Source: an uncultured Leptospirales bacterium
Lineage (GTDB): Bacteria; Spirochaetota; UBA4802; UBA5550
Assembly (NCBI GenBank): GCA_964529415.1
Contig: CAZGWD010000003.1
Location: 194,341 to 258,340, forward strand
DNA length: 64,000 bases
Reading direction: 5' to 3'
Part shown: in pieces, positions 9,217 to 18,697 of the stretch
How the letters are laid out: each line of letters opens with the position of its first letter
Numbering within the stretch: position 1 is the stretch's first letter
Translations under genes and position numbers: made by a program
Notes under the pieces: model-generated
Databases searched by the model: none
Seen by the model: only the letters and a program-made list of their open reading frames with translations
Told to the model about the DNA's origin: nothing

Positions 9217-9920
9217 CATTATCGATCTTCATGAAAAAAATAATTTTCGTAGTTGATGATGAGCATGATATCAGAAACATACTGAAAATAAATCTTGAAA
9301 ATGAAGGCTATGATGTACGGGAATTTTCTTCCGGGAATGAAGCTCTAAGAACCCTCTCCGGCACTATCCCGGATCTGATGATCCTGGATGTTATGATGGA
9401 CGGCATGAACGGCTACGATTTGTGCAGAAAGATTAAATCAACAGAAAATTATTCTGAAATTCCGGTAATTTTTCTGAGCGCCAAATCCGAGGAATTTGAC
9501 AAGGTTCTTGGTCTTGAGTTAGGCGGAGATGATTACATAACAAAGCCTTTCAGCATCAAGGAAATCAAATCAAGAGTTAAGGCTGTCTTGAGAAGAAGTG
9601 AAAAAAAACATGTTGCAGGGGATGATGAAAAAATTTTCATCTACAAAGGCATTAAACTGAATCCTTCCAACTATTCATTGTCAGTTGACGGCCAGGATGT
9701 TGCCCTGACAAAAACTGAATTTGGAATACTTTATATTTTCTGCAAAAATCCAGGAAAGATTTTCACTCGAGATAACATCATAGACAGCATAAGAGGTCAG
9801 GATGTTTATGTAATAGACAGAACTATCGATGTTCATGTTATGAATTTAAGAAAAAAACTCGGCCCGTATAAGGATGCGATTAAGACTTTTTCCGGCGTCG
9901 GATACGGTTTTAAAGAATAA
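9213..9920 (+). CDS. phoB: OmpR/PhoB-family response regulator
   Basis: VVDDE, LDVMM, GGDDYITKPF receiver; winged-helix RTIDVHVMNLRKKL...GVGY; ATGA overlap with phoU. Confidence 0.88.
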   Translation: MTLSIFMKKIIFVVDDEHDIRNILKINLENEGYDVREFSSGNEALRTLSGTIPDLMILDVMMDGMNGYDLCRKIKSTENYSEIPVIFLSAKSEEFDKVLGLELGGDDYITKPFSIKEIKSRVKAVLRRSEKKHVAGDDEKIFIYKGIKLNPSNYSLSVDGQDVALTKTEFGILYIFCKNPGKIFTRDNIIDSIRGQDVYVIDRTIDVHVMNLRKKLGPYKDAIKTFSGVGYGFKE

Positions 9921-9924
9921 TTTA

Positions 9925-11646
9925 ATGGCAGCAGTTAAAACCAGAATTCCATTTATAATAATTTCCATATTCGTATTATTTATACTGTTTATTTCAATTT
10001 ACGGATATATTTTTTTTACAGGAGCTGTTTATTCCATTAATGTAAATAATGCCAGAAACAGCACTTCGCAGGAATTAAAACTTATTGAAGATTTTCTGAA
10101 AGACAAGGATATCCGTTTCAATAAACCGGAGCTGACATCTTATCTGATAAAAATTTCTTCTTTTTACAAAGATAGAATTGATATAACTGATCTTGACGGA
10201 GGTTTCTTTTCAGGATCAAACGGAACAGCAAAGGATAATGAAGTTTACAGATATCTTCCTGAAATTGACAGCGCAATTGAAAACGGATCCGGAGAAGATA
10301 TAAGAAACGATGGAATTGCAGGCAGACCGCTTTTCCATTTTGCAAAAAAAAGCGGAAGCATTGTAATCAGAATTTCCAAACCCGTCAGCAGTTTTAATGA
10401 TAATGTCTCATACAAATTCATTTTTGTTTTTTTTATCATATCTGCAATTACACTCATTGCACTGATGTTTTATTTAAAAAAGAATCTTACAGAAAAGATT
10501 AAATACGTAGCGGACTTTGCCGATGCTTTCATATCAGGCGGAATGGACAAAAGGCTTATCAATAACAAAGATAACGAAATTGACAATCTTTACCGTTCCA
10601 TTAATAAAATAAGCGATTCAATGAAATTAAAACTGCAGGAGTCTGAACTCAGGCAGAACAGGCTTAAAATCACACTTGAAAATATCAGCGACGGTATTGC
10701 AGTTATTGGCAGGGATAAAAGGATTGTTATCACCAATAGTTCCTTTACCGGTTTTTTTGATTACCACTCGGACCCGCTTGGGAAAATTTATTTTGAAATA
10801 ATTAGAAATGTCAGAATCAATTCATTAATTGAAACTGCATTAACCAGCGAATCAGAAATAAAATTCGACGAGAAACTTTTCAACGGAAAATTCTATGATA
10901 TATACATCAGTCCTGTTGATGAAGGAGACAGCCTGCATGGCGTGCTTGTTGTTCTGCATGACATTACTGAAAAGAAAAAAATTGAACAGATAAAAGCTGA
11001 TCTTATCGGCAACATGTCGCACGAGCTTAAAACTCCAATCGCTATTTTAAAAGGATACCTTGAAACCATTGGAGAAAATCTCCATAATACAAAGCTGTCC
11101 GAAGATCTTATAATCCGGGCAATTGAAAATGCAGACAGGCAGAATGCTATCATAAATGATATCCTGAAGCTGCATATGATTGAAAGCTCAACTGAATTTG
11201 ATTTTGAAAAAATTGAATTAAAGCAGATAATTGTTAACTGCCTTAATATTCTATCTCCGAAAACTGCTGCAAAAAAAATAATTATTAATACAGATATAAC
11301 TTTACCGGATCCGGTAAGTGTGAACAGGTTTCTGGCTGAAGAAATTTTTTTCAATATCATTGATAATGCAATTAATTATAATAACGAAGCCGGTGAAATT
11401 TCCATCATAGCTTTCAGAGATAAAGATAAAACTGTTGTGTCTGTAAAGGATACAGGAATTGGAATTCCTGCTGATTCAATAGACAGAATTTTCGAAAGAT
11501 TCTACCGCGTTGATAAAAGCAGGTCCCGTGAAACCGGAGGCACAGGTCTCGGCCTTTCAATTGTTAAGCACGCCTGCGATATTCTCAAATGGGATATTGA
11601 AGCACTTTCCGATGGAATCGGAACTGAATTTAAAATTACTATCTGA
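9925..11646 (+). CDS. phoR: PhoR-like sensor histidine kinase (2 TM, HAMP-like linker, PAS, HisKA, HATPase)
   Basis: NMSHELKTP H-box, NIIDNAINYN, DTGIGIP, FERFYRVDKSRSRETGGTGLGLSIVKH; start set at ATG 9925 just after the phoB stop. Confidence 0.9.
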   Translation: MAAVKTRIPFIIISIFVLFILFISIYGYIFFTGAVYSINVNNARNSTSQELKLIEDFLKDKDIRFNKPELTSYLIKISSFYKDRIDITDLDGGFFSGSNGTAKDNEVYRYLPEIDSAIENGSGEDIRNDGIAGRPLFHFAKKSGSIVIRISKPVSSFNDNVSYKFIFVFFIISAITLIALMFYLKKNLTEKIKYVADFADAFISGGMDKRLINNKDNEIDNLYRSINKISDSMKLKLQESELRQNRLKITLENISDGIAVIGRDKRIVITNSSFTGFFDYHSDPLGKIYFEIIRNVRINSLIETALTSESEIKFDEKLFNGKFYDIYISPVDEGDSLHGVLVVLHDITEKKKIEQIKADLIGNMSHELKTPIAILKGYLETIGENLHNTKLSEDLIIRAIENADRQNAIINDILKLHMIESSTEFDFEKIELKQIIVNCLNILSPKTAAKKIIINTDITLPDPVSVNRFLAEEIFFNIIDNAINYNNEAGEISIIAFRDKDKTVVSVKDTGIGIPADSIDRIFERFYRVDKSRSRETGGTGLGLSIVKHACDILKWDIEALSDGIGTEFKITI

Positions 11647-11652
11647 TAAAAA

Positions 11653-11832
11653 TTACCTGAACCCTGAAAATACAAAAATAAAAATAATAAATATAATAAT
11701 TATTGATAGAATGCCTAAAGAGATTAAAATATCTTTAAAATCCTGCAATTTCCAATCATAAAGTTTAAACCGTAAAAAAATTCCTATTATAGCTATAACA
11801 AGAAGTTCAAGATACCAGTATTCAAAAAACAT
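11653..11832 (-). CDS. Small two-TM membrane protein (59 aa), unannotated, last gene of the synthase operon
   Basis: Manual translation MFFEYWYLELLVIAIIGIFLRFKLYDWKLQDFKDILISLGILSIIIIFIIFIFVFSGFR; its ATG overlaps the carboxylase stop (TGATG); below the 60-aa cutoff of the ORF track. Confidence 0.6.
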   Translation of the reverse strand: MFFEYWYLELLVIAIIGIFLRFKLYDWKLQDFKDILISLGILSIIIIFIIFIFVFSGFR

Positions 11833-14800
11833 CAGCAGTCTTTTAAAACTTCAGCTCTTTCTACTGCAAGAATAAATCCCTTAATAAGATTTTCCCTGAG
11901 CAGAGATATATCATCTATGATCCAGTCAACAAGTCCTGTGCTTTTGGCATCATTCTGGGAATTGGATTTTTCAATATATTTTTTCAGAAAATTCTCCCTG
12001 TATCCGTTAGCTTCAGGAATTTTTCCATCAGAAATCATTTTCCCGTATTTTCGCCCGTGTAAAAGATCAAAAGCAACATTAGGGCCTATTACAGCCATCT
12101 GAGCGTCTTTAAGAGCAAGATAAACAATGCCGGGCCTTAAAAATTTATTGAACGCGTGAATGAGCCTTCCTCCGTAATTCTGCTTCAGAGTAACTGAAAC
12201 AACAGGAATAGAACCGAGAATATTCTGATCCAGCGACTCAGCGCCGATTGACTGTATCCGGAATCTCTCCTGCTTTGAACCGGGCATAAAACCTGAAGAA
12301 TTTGAAAGCATAACAAGAGGAATATTGTGCATGTTCAGAAACTGCGTAAAAATTCTGAACTTCTCAGTGCTGTATGCATCCGCAGCTCCGCCCTTTACAA
12401 TAGGCTGGTCTGCAATTATTCCAACGCTTTTACCGTATAATGCAGCAAGCCCTGTGATCAGATTCGATCCTGATACAGGGTCATTCATCTCAGAATAAAA
12501 TTCAATGAAACTTTCTGTATCAAAAGTTCTTTTGATCACCATTTCAATCATATCAAACGGAACTGTGCTGTCCTCCGGAATTTCAGGCGCAAGTGAAGGA
12601 ATTCCGCACAATGTATTTTCAGCACTGACCGGAGATATAATGCCTAAAAGTCTGTGTATCAGATCAAATGCCTCTTCAAAATTTTTAACAACAAATGTGC
12701 TGTTTTTAGTTATATCTTTTCTGTTAGGAAATTCACCATCAATAAAAATAACAGCATCTGCTCCGCTATTAATTTCACATGCTTTCAAACCTTCCGGGTG
12801 AGTTACAATATTGAATCTGAGGCTGCTTTTTTTATTTATCATGGAAATAAAATCGCGTCTGGCCTGAAGCGCTATCTCGCCCTGATCGTGCTGTGAATGC
12901 CACTTGCGTCCGAAAATAAAAATCTGCGGCGTTGATGTTCTTAAAGCAATTTTGAATATTTCCTTTTCCTTGATAAATGCCTGGCCCGACCATAATCCGG
13001 ATTCAGTCGCAGGCCCCATTATCATCACCCTTCTGCCGCCGATCTTTGAAAAACCGGCAAGAAGCGATTCAGCGCCGTAATAATCTTCTTTAAACGGCTG
13101 AAAAAAACCGCCATCAACATTTCTTTTAATTATGTTTTCATTAAATACAGCTATCTCTTTTTTAACATTACTATCAACATTTACTCTTCTGATAGAATTA
13201 AAATTTTTATCCCCGGAAAAAAATCCTTGAAGAAGATATATCATACGGATCAGATGCAGCTTGTCAGGTGCGATGAGGTCCACCACGCCCGCCCATTTTC
13301 CGAGAACCTTCGCCCCTCCAATATCATAATTGCTGATATTTTCGCCGATCACGGATTTTATTATGCCGGATCCTGTGAGCACCCTGTACGATTCTTCTGA
13401 ATCCAGAAGAATCTGTATAACTGCCTGGCTTGAACCATATACGTCAAGCCCTGCTGAAGAACCGACACCTATGGCAACAAGAATAAATTTTTGAGGCTTC
13501 TGGAATTTATAATTTCTTAAATTGAATTTCTCATCAAGGTCAGAAAATATTTTCACAAGAGCAGGATCGCCGCAATTATGAGTGTATGAAATAAATTTAT
13601 TAAAACTGACGCGCTCAGCAGACAGAGTATTCATCATAAATCCCTGCCCGCCCCTGTTCAGAGAAACAACGCCTTCATTTATATTCGCGCCTGCGCTGTC
13701 ATTCCAGACATACAATGGAATATCTTTTAAATAAGCATAATAACACGCAGCGCAGTATTTCAGGCCTTCTCTGTCTCCTGTTGATCCGCCGTTGATTCTT
13801 GAATCCTTCATGTAAAAACAGGCATCAGTTCCATTGAGTTTTCCAATATATATTTTCGATCCTGCAGGATTTTCATCTGAATCTATTTCATCAATTTTAA
13901 TTTCTGTGACAGTCTCCATGCTTAAACATTCAGAAACCCAGAAATCAACAGACCTCTTTCCTTTATCAAAAAGCTTTCTGTCTGCGCTGATAATTTTTTC
14001 ATTTTTATAAAAAGGATTCCATGGATCTGAATCAGTGAGAATCTCAAATATAAACGAATCATCTTTCGGAAAAAATATTATGCTTTTTTCAACCGGCGTG
14101 GAATAATACGGATACTTGAAGTTCCCTGTTATTACAGCCTGTGAAAAAATATTTTCATTAAAAAACTGTGCAGATGATATGCATATTGTTTTAAGCAGAC
14201 TGTAATCAATATATCCTGAATTCAAATCATTGCACGGCCATGAAATTTCGGATCCGGTGAGAATGAATTCAGCAATATTATTTTTATAATTACTTATCCC
14301 CGAATAACCTTTGATAATTGAAGCTGCTTCTGCGATCGCGCGCTCAATTTTTTTATCCGGCAATTTGGAACAATCAATAAAAGATATTACATAAATACTG
14401 CAGGTATCATCCGCTTCGCTAATCAGCTTATAAACAAATATATTATCAATGAAAAGCTGGATTCTCTCAATAATATAATTTGGCTTCAAGGTTTCTACTC
14501 TTGTAATAATATGCTTTTTAATCTGATCCGCCATTTCCAGAGGAAAAAGATCAGCGCTTGTTCTGTCTGCTGATTCAAGGCAGAGGTCATTTATGCGGGC
14601 TTCTACAGAAGCAACATGATCCGGAAATCTTTTTCTTATAGAAAACGACTCAGGGTGTTCAATCGAATAAAAGATATCATGGGAATCAGATGCGAAGAAA
14701 ACAGAAATTTTGTCTTTTAAATATTTTATGAGTGTATCATCTATTTCTCCCTGCTCGGCTTCGTAGAGATTTTTCAATACAGGTATCAGCTCCTTCCTCT

Positions 14801-17609
14801 TTGAAAGATATTCAACATCCTGTGAAAAAAACAGTTCCAGGAATTTAAGCAGTAAAGCGCCGTTTTGCATTGAAAAATTGTGCGACCATTTAAAAAGAAG
14901 ATAAATATAACGCTGGATCATGCCTTTAAAATCCGGGCGCGGATCCGGTCTTGAAAGATTGTATGAATTTAAAATTTCTGTAATCAGCTTGTCAAAATCG
15001 GCAGTAACTCCTATCCCGTGTTTTCCCCTGCTTGAAATATAGAGATATAGTTCCTCCTGAAAAGAAAGTCCTCTTGTACCTGCGCTTGCTGAAAACATTT
15101 TTTTTATATTTGCATAGTGTTTTATATACTGCTCAATTAGAATAAAAATTGAATCAGGTATTTGTTTAAAGCTTGCAGCATTAATGCCATCCATATATTT
15201 CAACAAATTTTCAAATACAATTGGTTTAACCATAAACCCTTTCAGCGAAGCAAGAAGCAGACGTATCACTTCAGTTGAATTTTCTATAGAATAAAAAAAC
15301 GGATTTTCAGTATTATTTTTCAGCAGAACGGATTTAATATCATCTGTATGTGTTTTTTCAATCTGCGTTTTTATGCAGATCTGCGGACTTTCAGTTTTTT
15401 CAATTTCTCCGCCTTCCGGGACAATAACTGCAAGGATTTCTCCTGCCTGTATGGATTTGCCTACAATTCTGCCGTCAGCAGTTTTGCCGATCTGGAGTTT
15501 TGAGATATCACCATTTTCAATTATATATGAAATTTTTCCAGACACAGGAGATTGAATTACAGTTTCCATTTTCATTGATGACAGGATCAGTATCGGGTCA
15601 CCCTGTTTTACAGTATCGCCTGTTTTCAAGCTGCTGCTGAATGCAACAAAGGTACCCTGAAAAGGTGAAAGCAGATCTCTCTTAAAATTGGAAAGATCTT
15701 TTCCTTCAGGATAAACAACCATTCTGAAATAATCTATTTTATTGAGAGCTGCCTTCATCCTTACTTCAAGCTGCCCGGAAAACCTGTTTACCCTGATTCT
15801 GTAAACGCTGCTGCCGAAAAGAAGAAGAATATCATCGCTCCGGTCATTCATTGAAATGACCTCAATGCCTCCTGCATATTCCCCGTCAAGATAGCAGTAA
15901 AACGAGTCAACTGAATACTGCACAAAATCTACAAGATTTTTTACTCCCCTGAAGTCAACAATATAGGTTGATGCAGGTTTTCTGATATCAGTGGTATCAA
16001 CAACAGATTCGAGATTAAGCACAGCCAGATACTCGCGGATGGAAATCTGCATATATCTTATATATTCTGAAAAAGCCCCGAACAGCTGGGGAAGAATTCT
16101 TTCCTCTTCGGAATTTTCTCCAAGGGAACATTCCCTGAGCGAAAGAGATGAATGGTCATCGAGTATATTATTCGTGTAATCCCCATTAATAAATTCCGGG
16201 TGCCTTACAATTCTCAGCAGCTGCTTGACATTCGTTTTAACGCCATTGATGTAAAGCTCCTGAAGAGCTCTCTCAAGACGGATAATAGCCTCAGCTCTGG
16301 TTGAGCCGTATGATATTAATTTTCCGATCATAGGGTCATACATAGGCAGCACGTGATCGCCGTCACCAAAACCAAAGTCGCACCTTATGCCGTTGAACGT
16401 AGGCAGATCCATTTCATTTATTATGCCCGGAGAAGGCATGTAGTCGTTCTCAGGATCTTCAGCATATATCCTGCATTCAATGGAATGATTCTTCTCGCTC
16501 ATCCTTTCTTTCAGCGGAATAAGGCCTCTCATTTCATCAGCGCGGCCGTCGTAATAAAGTATCTGCCATTTGGCTATGTCGATATCAAGAGCCTGATCCG
16601 TGACAGCATACTCAACCTGAAGACGCGTATTCATTTCCATGAATCCGAATTTTCCTGTTTTGCTGTCAATGAGAAACTCAACTGTTCCTGCGCCGCCGCC
16701 GTCGTATCCGGAAGCAAGAGCAACTTTTTCTGCAGCAGCGAGCATCTCAATTGCGTGTTCATTGCTTAAAAATGAAAGTCCGCTTTCTTCGATTATCTTC
16801 TGGTTTCTCCGCTGTACAGCGCATTTTCTGATTCCGATTGCGCTTCCGTTAAACATCTGAACTTCAATATGAACAGGCCTTTCAATAAATTTCTCAAGAT
16901 AAAATGATGCATCGCGATACAGATCAGCCCCGATTCGCGCGCTTGATTCGACCGCGCTGTCCATTTCCTTTTCAAAAAAAACAGGGTACATCCCTTTTCC
17001 GCCTCCGCCCGAACTGAGCTTGATCAAAACCGGATAACCGATCTGAAGGGCGGCTTTTTTCGCCTTCTCTTTTTCATCAGGAGAAAACTGTTCGGAACTT
17101 TTAAATAAAGGAATTGAATTTTCCTCAGCCAGAGCCCTGCCGCTGATTTTATTGCCCATCATTCTCATTGAACTGTGGCTCGGGCCCATAAAAATAATTT
17201 TCCGCTTTATAATTTCCGAAACAGAATCAATTGCTTCAACAAAATGTGAATTTTCAGAAAGAAAACCGTAACCCGAATAAATCGCATTTGCGCTGGAAAA
17301 TAAAACTGCAGCAATAACAATATACATATTTGAATAATTTGAAGATTCGCCGATAAAAACCACTTCATCGGCAAATTCATACCAGGACTGACCGCGGTCA
17401 GGATCTGTTACCACAGCGACTGAAGGAATGCCCTCTTCATGAAGAGCAAGAAAAAATCTTTTAGCAATTTCTCCTCTGTTTGCAACAAGGACTTTTTTCA
17501 GTTTATAATCTTTTCTGTCCGCGCCGCTGTAAACAGAGCTGTTTGGATTGAGCCTGCTTAGTGTTTCAAATGCTTCATCTATTTTTTCTTTAATGCTTAC
17601 ATGATTCAT
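11832..17609 (-). CDS. Single-chain multidomain biotin-dependent acyl-CoA carboxylase (BC-BCCP-central region-CT)
   Basis: BC motifs VLVANRGEIA, GYGFLSEN, GGGGKGM, VQRRNQKIIEE, MEMNTRLQVE, RIYAEDP; biotinylation site SSMKMET; CT motifs NGGSTG, DSAGANINEG, GIIADQP, SSGFMPGSKQE, NYGG. Confidence 0.9.
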   Translation of the reverse strand: MNHVSIKEKIDEAFETLSRLNPNSSVYSGADRKDYKLKKVLVANRGEIAKRFFLALHEEGIPSVAVVTDPDRGQSWYEFADEVVFIGESSNYSNMYIVIAAVLFSSANAIYSGYGFLSENSHFVEAIDSVSEIIKRKIIFMGPSHSSMRMMGNKISGRALAEENSIPLFKSSEQFSPDEKEKAKKAALQIGYPVLIKLSSGGGGKGMYPVFFEKEMDSAVESSARIGADLYRDASFYLEKFIERPVHIEVQMFNGSAIGIRKCAVQRRNQKIIEESGLSFLSNEHAIEMLAAAEKVALASGYDGGGAGTVEFLIDSKTGKFGFMEMNTRLQVEYAVTDQALDIDIAKWQILYYDGRADEMRGLIPLKERMSEKNHSIECRIYAEDPENDYMPSPGIINEMDLPTFNGIRCDFGFGDGDHVLPMYDPMIGKLISYGSTRAEAIIRLERALQELYINGVKTNVKQLLRIVRHPEFINGDYTNNILDDHSSLSLRECSLGENSEEERILPQLFGAFSEYIRYMQISIREYLAVLNLESVVDTTDIRKPASTYIVDFRGVKNLVDFVQYSVDSFYCYLDGEYAGGIEVISMNDRSDDILLLFGSSVYRIRVNRFSGQLEVRMKAALNKIDYFRMVVYPEGKDLSNFKRDLLSPFQGTFVAFSSSLKTGDTVKQGDPILILSSMKMETVIQSPVSGKISYIIENGDISKLQIGKTADGRIVGKSIQAGEILAVIVPEGGEIEKTESPQICIKTQIEKTHTDDIKSVLLKNNTENPFFYSIENSTEVIRLLLASLKGFMVKPIVFENLLKYMDGINAASFKQIPDSIFILIEQYIKHYANIKKMFSASAGTRGLSFQEELYLYISSRGKHGIGVTADFDKLITEILNSYNLSRPDPRPDFKGMIQRYIYLLFKWSHNFSMQNGALLLKFLELFFSQDVEYLSKRKELIPVLKNLYEAEQGEIDDTLIKYLKDKISVFFASDSHDIFYSIEHPESFSIRKRFPDHVASVEARINDLCLESADRTSADLFPLEMADQIKKHIITRVETLKPNYIIERIQLFIDNIFVYKLISEADDTCSIYVISFIDCSKLPDKKIERAIAEAASIIKGYSGISNYKNNIAEFILTGSEISWPCNDLNSGYIDYSLLKTICISSAQFFNENIFSQAVITGNFKYPYYSTPVEKSIIFFPKDDSFIFEILTDSDPWNPFYKNEKIISADRKLFDKGKRSVDFWVSECLSMETVTEIKIDEIDSDENPAGSKIYIGKLNGTDACFYMKDSRINGGSTGDREGLKYCAACYYAYLKDIPLYVWNDSAGANINEGVVSLNRGGQGFMMNTLSAERVSFNKFISYTHNCGDPALVKIFSDLDEKFNLRNYKFQKPQKFILVAIGVGSSAGLDVYGSSQAVIQILLDSEESYRVLTGSGIIKSVIGENISNYDIGGAKVLGKWAGVVDLIAPDKLHLIRMIYLLQGFFSGDKNFNSIRRVNVDSNVKKEIAVFNENIIKRNVDGGFFQPFKEDYYGAESLLAGFSKIGGRRVMIMGPATESGLWSGQAFIKEKEIFKIALRTSTPQIFIFGRKWHSQHDQGEIALQARRDFISMINKKSSLRFNIVTHPEGLKACEINSGADAVIFIDGEFPNRKDITKNSTFVVKNFEEAFDLIHRLLGIISPVSAENTLCGIPSLAPEIPEDSTVPFDMIEMVIKRTFDTESFIEFYSEMNDPVSGSNLITGLAALYGKSVGIIADQPIVKGGAADAYSTEKFRIFTQFLNMHNIPLVMLSNSSGFMPGSKQERFRIQSIGAESLDQNILGSIPVVSVTLKQNYGGRLIHAFNKFLRPGIVYLALKDAQMAVIGPNVAFDLLHGRKYGKMISDGKIPEANGYRENFLKKYIEKSNSQNDAKSTGLVDWIIDDISLLRENLIKGFILAVERAEVLKDC

Positions 17610-18343
17610 ATATAATAATCTTCCAGGCGGTTTATGAAAATTCTGCAGTTTTCATCCGGTACTGCAAGAACTGCCTTATAATTTTTTTCCGGAATTATTT
17701 CATGAAAATTCCAGTTCAAGTTCAAATCACTGCATTCTTTATCTGCAAGATTTAATTTTCCGCCATTATCGTGAATAAACTCAATACTTTTAATTGAATC
17801 AGTTATGCCTGTTCCTGCTGCTTTTAAATATGCTTCCTTATGAATCCAGTATCTGAAAAAAACATCAAGCATCTTTTCCTCTGGCGATACGATAAATTCA
17901 TTAAATTCTAAATCTGATAGTGTTGTTTTAGCGAGGTTATTGAGATTTTCAAGATTGCGGATATATTCAATATCAATTCCGATCTCTTTCCCAAGCGAAA
18001 ACGCATATATGGTAAAATTTCCGGAATGAGACAAGTTAAATTTCAAAGTGCTATTTGTATTTCCTGAAAAAAACGGTTTGCCGGCTTCAGTATATAAAAA
18101 TTCGATATCACCTGGCTGAACACCTGTATAAATTGAAACAAGTTCTCTCAATATGCCTCTTGAAATTATATACCGGTTTTTATCCTTTTCAAACTTATAA
18201 TCTATGGCTTTTTTTTTCTCATCATCTGATAATATCGATAAAAAATATTCCGCATGAGCCATAGCCTTTTCAAGATCTGCAATCCACACATGAATAATAT
18301 CGGATGATAAAACCGGCAGTGTTTTCAATGGTATTAAGATCAT
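17606..18343 (-). CDS. Sfp-type 4'-phosphopantetheinyl transferase
   Basis: LSDDEKKKA, GKP, FNLSHSG, IGIDIE, WIHKEAYLKAAGTG; stop overlaps the carboxylase start (ATGA). Start set at 18343 because the 18403 extension runs through a REP-like hairpin. Confidence 0.92.
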   Translation of the reverse strand: MILIPLKTLPVLSSDIIHVWIADLEKAMAHAEYFLSILSDDEKKKAIDYKFEKDKNRYIISRGILRELVSIYTGVQPGDIEFLYTEAGKPFFSGNTNSTLKFNLSHSGNFTIYAFSLGKEIGIDIEYIRNLENLNNLAKTTLSDLEFNEFIVSPEEKMLDVFFRYWIHKEAYLKAAGTGITDSIKSIEFIHDNGGKLNLADKECSDLNLNWNFHEIIPEKNYKAVLAVPDENCRIFINRLEDYYI

Positions 18344-18364
18344 ATCATCTAAATTCCACTGATA

Positions 18365-18648
18365 CCCCCTGTCCCCCGAAGGGGGCACGTGATAAATAAT
18401 CATTTCTATTAATCTGATTCATCCTCAATACTGACTAAAATTATTCCTTGGAATCGATCATGGTATTATAATTCATAGATTGATAAAAATCAATCGTATT
18501 CCCTTCTACTTGCCCCCTTTAGGGGACGTGGGAAAAATAATCTCATTAACATCTCTTTCCCAACATACTGGATTGAGCCAAATTTTTAAAAAATTTAAAT
18601 TCATTGTTTTACTTTTATTAAGCCCCCCTCTGGGGGGTTGGGGGGCTT
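18365..18648. repeat. Cluster of three C5-loop-G5 REP-like hairpins between the synthase and PPTase genes
   Basis: CCCCCTGTCCCCCGAAGGGGGC (18365-18386), GCCCCCTTTAGGGGAC (18512-18527), AAGCCCCCCTCTGGGGGGTTGGGGGCTTT (18620-18648); the first and last are in inverted orientation. Confidence 0.65.
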
Positions 18649-18697
18649 TATTACAAAACAAGGAATTCCTTAAATTATTATCTACCAGTAACCCCTA

